64,000 nt of DNA from Amoebophrya sp. A120 (lineage: Eukaryota; Protista; Dinoflagellata), in assembly GCA_905178155.1 (NCBI GenBank), contig CAJINV010000009.1, positions 1,103,415 to 1,167,414 of the forward strand, read 5' to 3'. Shown piece after piece: positions 52,187 to 62,152 of the stretch. Made by a program: the position numbers and the translations under genes. The notes under the pieces were generated by a model. That model was not told the origin of the DNA. It did no database searches and saw only the letters and a program-made list of their open reading frames with translations. Position 1 is the first letter of the stretch; every line of letters begins with the position of its first letter.

Positions 52187-54148
52187 CTACTGGATCGAGC
52201 ACCAGTCGTCCCCGTCGGAGTCGTCTTTCTTGTCCGCGGATCGCCGCCGGTCCCTTTCTTGCGAGCGGCGACTGCCCTTCTTCCCGTCGCCCTTCTTCCA
52301 GCCCTTCTCGTCGTACCCACCGTTGTCCCAGTCGCTCCGGTAGCTGTTCTCCCAGTCCTTTCCTTTCCCCTTCTTTTTGCCCTTCCAGCTCTCCTTGCCA
52401 CCCATCCAGCTGCCCTTTTTCCCACCGAAATCGTCAAACCCAGGATATCACTTTGAAAACAAACTAACAACCCCGCCCCGGCGAGAAGACTGACTGCACT
52501 CAGCGAGTATTATCCGCAGTGCCAAAGCCAAAGAAAACGGAAATGTTTTAGTGTTTTGCATGAAAACCAAGAAGAGCAACAGGTGCATGGCACTTTTTTA
52601 GTGCGAACAACACGAATGAATCTTTGTCTTGCCCGATGCGAGTCCCAGTTTCATTCAATGTGATAACCCCGGTGGTCCGAACTCGTCGAAACCGTTCCCG
52701 TACGCCGGCTCTTCCCAGTACTCTTCACCATCGTACCCCTCGTCCTCGTAGTACTCGTCGACGTAGGCCTCCTCCGCCTGACGTTTTTTCCTGAAGTACA
52801 CTACCAATGACACAATGATGATCACGCAAAGGACCCCAACTCCGCCAAGAATAATGTACATCGTGTAATCGTCTTGCACTCTTGTCCCCAGAAAAAGACC
52901 CATCCACACGAACGACACGACCCCGTGACGCGATCTCAGACAAATCGTTGCAATGCATATCGTCGTTCGTCAACAAAAAGAGAGGCGTGGTGATGGAACT
53001 ATGTGTATAAGCAGTGACTTCAACTACAGTACCAGTAGGGCCAATGCGAAAAGTATACGCAGAAGTACGCGCTCCTGTTAAGGCATGCTCCCTGTGCTTT
53101 TCGGTCATTCCAATGGCGAAACATCGCGAAGTACAACATGAATAGTCGGGTCATACCTATTAATATGCAGGGAAGATCGGGCAACGAACACGTCGCAAAG
53201 ATGAGCCCACGGGTCTGTGTCTCGTGCGATGAGGGCTGACATTCATTTCGATAGCTTGCGGGGGGGCGGTGGTCGTCGGTGTTTCTGGCGGTGACGGCGC
53301 AGGAGCCGGCGTGCTTGTTGGATCTGCGTCCATGTCTTCGTAGTGAGGCGCTAGTACGATTGCGCCACACTTGGCAACATCGTTCAAACATTCCCGTATA
53401 CTGCACACGCCAGAATCACAAGGGTTGGGACCAGTGGGCTTTGGGCGCGGAACGCATGTGTGTACAACTTCCCCCTGTTCAATGTTCCCGGTGCGCTCTG
53501 GTGCGCAAACCGTGCTTTCGTCTGCCGGCTTTACTATGGTGCAACTATTCACGAGCCAACTTTGGTACGATTTGAAGAAAACTTTACAGGATTCTAAAAC
53601 CATCCCCGTACCTTGTTGCCCACAACTCCATAAGCTAACAAAACCCTTTTTCAAATTCTTATTGATTAATTCGCCAGCTGGCCCTCCCGGGATTTCGCAC
53701 GTCGTTCTGTCTGTGTTGAGCTCATCGACGGTAACGTCGCTCGCAACCAAAACTCGTTCCGTGGGGTATCAAAACAAGAGGGGATCCCGTCGCGATTCTC
53801 ACTTTTACTTATGCCTCATATGATCAACCTATATTTCATCATTAACTTTAAGCTTTACCATCGACTCGGTTTGCAGATCACGATTCACAGCAGCTACAGC
53901 CGTGGTGGATGGTCTGAGACAGAACATGCAAACACTAACAGAAACAGGCCAGACTGAAAGGACGGAGCTGCACATTGAGATCTTCTCGACGACGGGATGC
54001 TTATGCACTACCATACGGCGTTTACCTTCCGAGCCGTCTGGTGGTTCTGCTTGATGAACGTGAAACCTTGCACCGTCTGCAAAGCAACAAAATGGACTAG
54101 TACAGTGTGCTTCATCAGGAACGCCATGCGCAAGGACTTCGGTCCCAT
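52187..54148 (-). CDS. Type I membrane protein: signal peptide, Cys-rich ectodomain, Pro/Thr stalk, TM, acidic Tyr-rich then Lys/Gly/Trp-rich tail
   Basis: Exons at ~54148-54069, ~53895-53858, ~53758-53260, 52880-52667 and ~52447-52187. TM is YIILGGVGVLCVIIIVSLVVYF followed by RKKR. A GC-AG intron lies at 52881-53259; the last intron is TIR-bounded. Confidence 0.75.
52446..52665. mobile_element. TIR-bounded introner (decayed) in the last intron of the type I membrane protein gene
   Basis: TATCACTTTGAA at 52446 matches the reverse complement of the right end, TATCACATTGAA, at 11/12 positions. The termini match the other two elements and fall at the exon boundaries. Confidence 0.75.
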
Positions 54149-55257
54149 CCCCTTCGCCCTTCGAGACAAAAATGTTCTTGTGGGAGCTGATTTACAACTG
54201 AACCCGCACCGGTAGATCCCTTTCCTCGTAGCCCCGTAAGTATTGCGGCAATCAGACAGTCAGATCCCGCAATCGGTTGAAATTTCTTTCCACTGATGGT
54301 TCCAGTCGAAACAAGAATAAATCTTGTATGCTGGGCCTGGGTCACAGGGATGTACAAAATTGAGAATGAAAATCTAAATCAGGCTGTTGTGGTCGCAGAG
54401 TGATTTTCCAAACCTAGTGGGGGGGTGCATCTCCATGATGACACAGAATACCAATGAGTCTTTTCTTGCTTTCAACAAAATATGCGTAAACTTCTCTGGG
54501 GTGGAGACGTGACGGGTCCTTGGAGCAAAAACAAACGAAAGTGAAAAAATTCATTGTGCGAAGATAAATTTCCAGTGAATGCGATCGAAATCAAGACCGG
54601 ACAAGACTGTGCGCCAGACGTTCGCAAGAATGATTGCCCGATGCAGTTGCATCGAAAAAACGCACGAGGGTCAAGCACAAACGAAACTGCAATAGCGAAC
54701 GAAATATGAAAGGGACGTGCAACGAGGAACCGATAATTTCGACGTCTCACAGCCAGAGCTCGCACTTCGGCTTACGAAAAAGGTGCAGTCGGACGCGCGA
54801 CGCAGACATGCCCGAGCCCGCGTATGCGAAAACCGCCTGACCGAGAGAACGACCGAGCATTGAGACTGGTAAGTGCTAGGGACCAACATTTGTTCGCTCA
54901 ACCAAAAGCGCTGCTTCTTGCCCGCGGCACTGCACTACAACCAAGAAAAGTTTCCGACCATGGTTGCAATGCTTTGTGTTCGATAGCCAGAGCGAGAGCC
55001 CAACCTGGACTTGCAATATCCCATATGTCGTCCGAAGTAGAGTTTACGCAGTTCTTCCGTCAACCGGAGAATGCTGTATCGAAGAAGTTGTAGATTGGCT
55101 TTGTTGTAGGAAGAAACGAACCATCCTTCGTTGCATAGATCATACAAAGACGTACTAGCATCAGGACTGCAATGCCAGTTTCAAAGATCCGGCGCTTCAT
55201 CATAAATATTTTTGGATTTGCATTTGGAATTGGATTTGCTTATCGCACGATATAATA

Positions 55258-56482
55258 TCACGAGAAGAAACGACGCAGCACATCAAAAGGCAAAAGAGGC
55301 AGCCCGGCTTGCGAGCGAAAGACAGCCAAGATAACCAGGCCGGGCACGGGGAGCACCACATGCCAAAGTGTATGCCAGAAAAGGTAATGTTGAAAATGCC
55401 GCTCGACCTTCTCCATCAACAGTCCCGCTTCGCCTGCGTCTGCCTTCCTCAGTGTGGCTGGTGGCGCCTCTCCCGATGAAACGCCGAGTCCTCTAGCACT
55501 GGACCTGCTGCCTGTAAGAACTTGACCCCGTTCCGAAAGGTCGGAGCCCCCTCCCCGCCTGACCGGTGTCCGATTCCGAGTCGCGGTTGTCCTTTTTGCC
55601 TTTGCATTTTGTCCTTGTCTTCTGCTGCTCCGACGCTGTCGGCGATCCGTCACGGAGCTCGCGCGATTCGACATCTTCGGGGAAACCGAGGTATTGCTGA
55701 CTTCCGGCAACCCGCCCAACCGACCACTAGCTGCGAGGCACTCGCCGAAGTGGGTTGCGGCTGTGAGGAAAACGAATCCCGCACCCCACAACATGGAAAA
55801 TAGCACCCAGTTCGTTGGGTACTCAATGGGCAGGAAAAGCCAGTGGCTGCACTGAACCATAAACATCGTCATGGCACTGGCACGGTCAACCTGGTGAATT
55901 TAGGGGCACATAATTGAGTTGATGCATGAAGTTGAAGCCAACTGCTGAAACTGCTGACTGGGGCTGTTTCACGAAAATGCTAACATTCAACTGGTGTGGA
56001 GGACAAGGAAGGAGAACAACACGAATGATCCAGACGTTTGGGGCACAAAACAACGCATACACATTCGCATAAATCAATTTCTCGCAAAAAAGAAGCAATA
56101 CAGTTGACGCGGTCCAGTCAAGGCCAAAGCTGTGGACATCGTTCCAATACGATATCGGTCCCTGCACCACCAAAAAGAAACCTTCCCACCACCAGAGTCC
56201 GGCGAAATCGGGAAACTTTTGGTCCATGGCTTCGGCGGACAGCATCAGGTAGGCCCCGAAAACGCTGTACAAGAAGGAGCTCGCAGCAAAGTGCCAGCAC
56301 TGCCGAGCCCGCTGCACGTATCCCTTCTGAATCAGGTATGTCGATGTGTCGGCGCAGGTGCTGTCCGTTCGGGCCAAACGTGCCCACTGCACTTTAACCC
56401 ACGAAGCGAATGCCTTGAACGTCGTTGCGGCATTTTTGCGCGGAATGCCGTGCGCCTCCTGTTTCTGGCGCCCCACGCCCAT
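55258..56482 (-). CDS. Multi-pass membrane protein of the CREST-like superfamily (putative lipid hydrolase); 2 exons
   Basis: Several TM helices with the motifs SYWNDVH, VDR and WHTLWH. A GTATTG...CACCAG intron at ~55891-56101 joins DWTAST to VDRASAM. Confidence 0.6.
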
Positions 56483-57565
56483 CCGAGTGCAGCTTTATTT
56501 CGCGGTGCGCACAAGGTCCAGATGATCCTTTAGAGCTTAATGTGACTGGCCCGCCTTGTTCGCAAATAGAGACAGAACCACACAAGAAGAAACTTCGCAA
56601 CTACAAGGGCTCGTATCGGGTGAGCGGCACGCTTTCTCGTCGCGATGGTACAGAGTTTATCTATCTTCTGCTAACGAGGAATCCAATTGCTCAGTACCTA
56701 CGTAAGTAATAGGGGATTGGGTAGGCGTCTTGGACCAGCGGGAATGCACAGCCTGCGAAGATTCGGGTGGTTTTGGCCCGCGATGACGATGAAGTTGCTA
56801 CTCTGAAATCCACCACGACGATGAAAGAAACCGACCAGGCAACGCACAGTGGGGGAAATTCCGACTTAAAGATCCGAGGACGAGGGGGCTTGCTGCTGCT
56901 CCTCTGCAGCATAAAAATAGATGAACGAATCTACACGTTTTTCGGGCTTGCTGCAATCAAACCTGCTTTTGGACGAAACCGATGGATTTCGCACGCACCT
57001 AATAGTAATTCAGTCCTCCCCGTAGCTGACAAATCAACGATGGGCTCACGCGGAGCCGAATAGACCCGATCGCACTGAGACTGGCTCGAGGTGTCAGTGC
57101 CACACAGTCTACTAGCTTCATCTAGCGCTATTTTGTGAATTCCGATTTCAAAAAAAAATTCCGTACGAATTATCGTGGAGGGGTAATTCCTGAGCATTAA
57201 AAGACGAGGGTGACATGCAAAAAGAAGAACGGAAAAAACGAAATGAAAAAACGAGCTGAAATGACTTCTAGGGGAAAAGGAAAGCGATAACGTTAACGAC
57301 GCACATGAGCAATGAAAATCACAAAAAAATGCAACTACTTCTACTGAACGAAGAAAAAATGAGAGTTGAGAATGCCGAGATACCGTGGTGGTGGCCTTCA
57401 TGCTGCCACCTCTTTGTGTGGGCTTCCTCGTAAGACGGAAAAAGTAGCTCAAAAGTAGGACGACGGCTAAAAGTATGGAAATATGCTGATACTTTTTTCA
57501 TGCTTGTACCTCCATGCATGTGGTGCGTACTGCATCGCTCAGCTTCTGCGAGTCAAATAGTGACG

Positions 57566-57597
57566 GAAACAGTTGCAGACAGAAACAGTTGCAGACA
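57566..57597. repeat. 16-bp tandem duplication
   Basis: GAAACAGTTGCAGACA repeated twice. Confidence 0.8.
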
Positions 57598-57815
57598 GAT
57601 GCAATCAAAAAATTCGAGGTACTCCAACTCGCTGCGATCTTCTAGCAATTGAAAAGAAGAGTGTATAGCAGTCTTTTCCTTGCTGCGTACACTTCGGACT
57701 CAAGCAAATCTTTTCGCATGAATATCGTACATCGACCACCAACTTCTCTTCATCTTGTCATTTGCTTGATTCATCTAATGAAGAGACGCAGTGAGTTAAC
57801 ACAACAGCCCCTGCA

Positions 57816-58565
57816 CTATTTCGCTGCTTCCGCTTGTAGGGTACAACACGTGTCGACGTCGGCATCGTTGCTCTCGTCGCACGCTGTGCTTTCACAAAAT
57901 TTGGTTTGCTCTTTGGCGCACTGGTCTTCCGGGAGATGACGACCACACAGAACCATGTCGAGTGCGCAAAGAGGCGGGATGACGGTAAAGTGGGTGCACG
58001 TCTCGTCCCCATTTCTAAGCGACGGCTTATCCACTTTTGTGACGTACGCTAGACAGTCTGCGGAAGCAGAGCACCTCGCTTCACAATCACTGTCTGTAAT
58101 GTTGGCCAGCTTCAAGAAGTTGGCGCAGGGTCCCCCGCCAGTGGTACCTTGCTTGCACACACAGTACCCAGTTCCGAGCGAGTCGTATGTCGGGGGATCC
58201 GTCCCAGCGTTTTTCCGCTCACACGACCCGTTTTCGTACTGCTTGTGGGTGTCAAAGCCCCTGCTCCAGGAGGTATACGGTGTCCAACATGTGTAGATCT
58301 CATCGAGTGTCACACGGAGTGTAGAGTTTACATTGCTGCAAATTGCTCCGCGCTTGAATCCGTCTGCACAGGGTGTCCAGCTGAAAATCGGTGCACGTGC
58401 GTTGCTCTGAAAAAAGCCTGATTGCGTCCACTTCATGTATCAATCTTAGCAGCTGTCGTTGGTGCTCGCGGCAACATCATTATCATTTAAATTTATGAAA
58501 AAGAAACACATACAAATAAAATTCCGAACAGTAACCAAGGCGATCGTAACGATGGTCATCATCAT
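57816..58565 (-). CDS. Secreted cysteine-rich protein with a PAN/Apple-like module; 2 exons
   Basis: Signal-like MMMTIVTIALVT is spliced (GTTCGG...TTTCAG) to SNARAP... The segment CEARCSASADCLAY...CTHF matches the PAN/Apple Cys spacing. Confidence 0.65.
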
Positions 58566-58901
58566 GCAGCAGTACTAGGGGAGATGACACGGTCTGTTCC
58601 TAAATTTGTAAATGCAGATATCACTATTCTGCATATCAGACGCGTAAAGTGATGCGCTTCATCCCGTAGGAAAAATTCCAGTTTCAACAATTTCAATGTG
58701 CGGCGGTACACGAAGTTTTAGCTTCACGATTCGCCGGCTTCGATTTGTTTTCCGCGCGCACGGAAAACAAATTCTTCAGAAGAACGCGTGCACGGTCTTC
58801 GCTCTGATACAGGACTCGTTCGCCGGAACAGCGGTCGTGGTGGTTGTGGTGGTAGCTATCAATGGGAAAATCAAAGACCATCACGATCACAAATTCGTTC
58901 T

Positions 58902-59585
58902 TCAAAATGCCGCTCTTTTCTCAGCCGGAAGTGGCAAAAGCATCGAAAGCTCTTGATGTGTGTGCAGCTGTACTTCCGCCCTCGGCCTCGGGCATCTCTC
59001 CTTATAATGCAGAACGACTGCGCCATGCAAAAATTGAAATTGCAAGATCATGAAAAGTATGTTTGCTTTTTCCATTCGCGTACTACTGGTGGTGGCATCG
59101 CCCTGGACCGCGTCAGTTTCCGTCTCGGAAGGGCAACATCCGCTGTCGCTTTCACCCTCTGAAGCTCCTTCGGCAGCTCCGCTCGCTCTCTTGTTGTGCT
59201 TCATCAGAACCGTGGTTTTCCTCGCCTGTTGCTTCTTCGTCTCACCAACTTGCATATGTAACTTGTACGCCCCAACAGCGATGGGAACAGGCCCGAGGCA
59301 GATCATGCACCATTTTCTTCCCAGAAAGCTCGTCCGCCCGGGAGACGCGCGCGCCGTTGCGGAGGCGGCGGCGGGCATGCCCTCACTGGTTTTGCAGCGA
59401 CTTGCGGTGCTCGCTGGCCTTGGTGACGAAGACGAAATGCCTACTCTTACAAGGTAGCGCCGTAGGTTCGAAGACTTCTTATCCAGGGCCGACGGTCGCA
59501 CTATCACTGGCAGTCGGCGCAAGAATCCGAGTGGTCTGCTTAGTAGTTGCACTGGTGGCCCGCTGGTCTCGCTCGACGATCCCAC
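58902..59585 (-). CDS. Hypothetical protein; ends unresolved
   Basis: A 227-codon open frame with a basic N-terminal part, a short hydrophobic segment and an acidic C-terminal part. Possible GT-AG intron at ~59002-59083. Confidence 0.4.
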   Translation of the reverse strand: MGSSSETSGPPVQLLSRPLGFLRRLPVIVRPSALDKKSSNLRRYLVRVGISSSSPRPASTASRCKTSEGMPAAASATARASPGRTSFLGRKWCMICLGPVPIAVGAYKLHMQVGETKKQQARKTTVLMKHNKRASGAAEGASEGESDSGCCPSETETDAVQGDATTSSTRMEKANILFMILQFQFLHGAVVLHYKERCPRPRAEVQLHTHQELSMLLPLPAEKRAAF

Positions 59586-60927
59586 GCAGAACGCGGCTTG
59601 GTCGTTTCGGTTCGCGGGAATCGCAATCGGAATGCGGCCGCAGTAAAAGTATGATGCGAGTAGATGGCTCTAGCTTGTAAAGAAAGCAGGCGAGTGCTGG
59701 CTCCGCTTGACCACCCAGGAAAACTGCAGATAATAATAGGTCAAAAGGAGCGAACGAACATTCGCTGGAATGTGGAAGCCAGACAGAACAGAAGGCTACT
59801 ATCAAACCGTGAAGCGCGAGCGACGAGAGCTAAGATTTACTTTTGAAACAATTTTTGCAGAAAAAAAAAGACGAGCACAGGTGGGGGAGGGGGCTTCGGG
59901 ATGAAGTAGTTCACTGTCACTGTTTGATCAAGAAGTGTCATAATATATAATTCCAAAGCAACGGTAAATCACACCATACAGCTAAGGAAGGGCTTTACAA
60001 TGAGTCTTTGTGTACAAGAGAGGAATCGCTTTCTCAGGTGTTGAAGGCACGCGTATGGAATTGAGCAACTGCAACGTCCACTACTCTTAGAACGATGACG
60101 AAAACGACTTGATGCAGTCAACTGCACGGTAAACCGACAGACAGGAATGGCCAAGATGCCTTCTCACGACCAATGCAGCCCTTCACCAACGAAAAAACGA
60201 AATATGCGCAGATATAGAGGGGCTCACGTAAGAGGCACCGAGCGATGACGAGATTCTTTCAGCATGTAACAGAGTGAAACGACGAAAACAGGGCGAGGAA
60301 GCCCATAAAGCCTTGCGAGGACTGAAAGCAGCCAACACCCACCGCCAAGTATAGCGATATGCAGATGTCGGGCGAATCAATGGGAATTATTATCATGCGC
60401 GCGATCGCTACTATTGCCCTTGCGCTGAAAGAGAAGCGTACTGTAGCAGGAAAGTATCCTGTTAAATTAATTGTAGCTATGCTAAGTTGTAATTAGATAG
60501 CACACACAAAAGCTGGAGGGTGCGATATTGAAGGAAGAATCATCGATGTTTGGCCGCCGAGTTTTCGCCGTAAAGATCAGCTGACCCGTCATACCGCGAC
60601 GCAGCGAGCGCACCTTTGTGAGGCAGCAGCGGTCCCAAGAACTACGAACCACGTCACGTAAATTCAAATACATGTGCGGTCCTGTGCTGGGACCAGCATG
60701 CAATACCTACCATCGACAGAAAATTGTTACATCTATTTGCCTCAATGCTGGACAGCCGGCGAGGCATGAGAATTGCTATACACAGGCGTGCTTCTTTTAT
60801 ATGCGTTCTGGTCTCGGGTCGTGCTGACATCGCGATCTGAATTATTATACCCATCCACTCTAAAAGTACCGAAAAAAAGAAACGATGGGCAAAGAAGTGA
60901 TTTCCTTTTCAAACCATAAATATTTCT

Positions 60928-62152
60928 CTATGTGCGAAACCTCCCCGACAATCGGCTCCTCGCTGCCCATTCCGTTGCTGCATCTTTCGGGGGTGGGCCT
61001 CTGATTGCTCGCCAAATCCATACAAACAGGTTGAAAAAATGCGCGAAGGACAGTGCCGCCGCAAGCGCGTAGTCATCGCTCGAAATTTTGTCCACCCAGA
61101 ACTCGTGCTGCTGATTCTTTCCTCCGACGATTCGCTGAAATCCGTACAAGATGTAGACCACAAAAGCGAAACTGGCCATCGAAAACACAAAAATCGTCAC
61201 CGTCCCGACGCTGGTTAATTATATGTTTACGAAAATATTAATACAGATTAGTTCGCTGCATCAATAAGCACTAGACTGTAATATAGTTTCTTTGACTTAC
61301 ACACTCCTTAGCACCGCCAAAGCTGCTGTCTGACCCGGGCCGAGATGAAAAGAAAATGAAACAGAACAAAAAAGTAGCTAGGTACTGTTTTCCCTCCTCG
61401 CCCCCGGCGTAACCGGAGCAGACGACGGCGACAGCAATAGCGGCCATGAGCAATGAGATAACTAGCCCAGAAATCCAGAGCGCCCCGCCGGTCAGGTCAA
61501 TCGCGACAGAAAAAACGAAGAGCAACAGCACCGTCACAGAGGCGATTACCACGGAGATCCAAACCGCCGAGGTCGCTTCAAAGAAGCAGGTGAAGGTGGT
61601 GAAACAGAAAAATACACGAGCGCCCCTGTATCTAAAAAAGTGCGGCTTGCAGTCTGCGAAGTCGCAACTTGAGGTCGATTCAAGATCGAGAGCATGCCTT
61701 CCGAATATATCGAGGTCCGTTTCGGAAGAACTGGTTGCAGAGTAGAATTACTAAGACACGAACAACATGGGTCCGTTGATAAAATCATGGACGATAGCTG
61801 GTGTGAAGTGCGAGCTTCTACATATCAAAAGTCCCTGCTGCACACACGGCGGTGGCGATGTGTATTTTCATCCGGTAAACTGCAGCTGCAAAGCAAAGCT
61901 TAGTGCAACAACGATGCAGAGAATGTAAGGCCAGGCCCCTTGCTTGGGTGCCTCGCCAGCAGAGCCGGAAACCACGGCGCAGTAGGTCGCAAGCCCAATG
62001 AGGAAGCCAGCACCAAACATGAGCCCGGAAATCAGCCGAAGATTGTACAGAGTCTCATAGACTTCGTCGACGAAGGCCTCGGAGGGAGCTTTTGCATACT
62101 CGCCCGCAAGGGTTGAGCTGCCGCTGGCAAGCATACCTTCAGGGATGATTCC
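60928..62152 (-). CDS. Divergent Bax inhibitor-1/Lifeguard (TMBIM) family protein; 5' exons unresolved
   Basis: YILYGFQRIVGGKNQ...ISSDDYALAAALSFAHFFNLFVWIW matches the family pattern YxxYDTQxIxGGK...SxDDYxxAAxxLYxDIINLF. WPYIL...AVW and IDLTG are also present. GT-AG intron at ~61211-61385. Confidence 0.75.

Noticed and set aside
52876-53259. GCAAG direct repeat suggesting an introner
   Set aside because: No inverted repeat, and it is explained by an in-phase GC-AG intron.
8925-58440. In-frame TGA codons next to exon starts suggesting stop-codon reassignment
   Set aside because: The cases examined fall inside inferred introns, and TGA, TAA and TAG all serve as terminal stops in the inferred genes.
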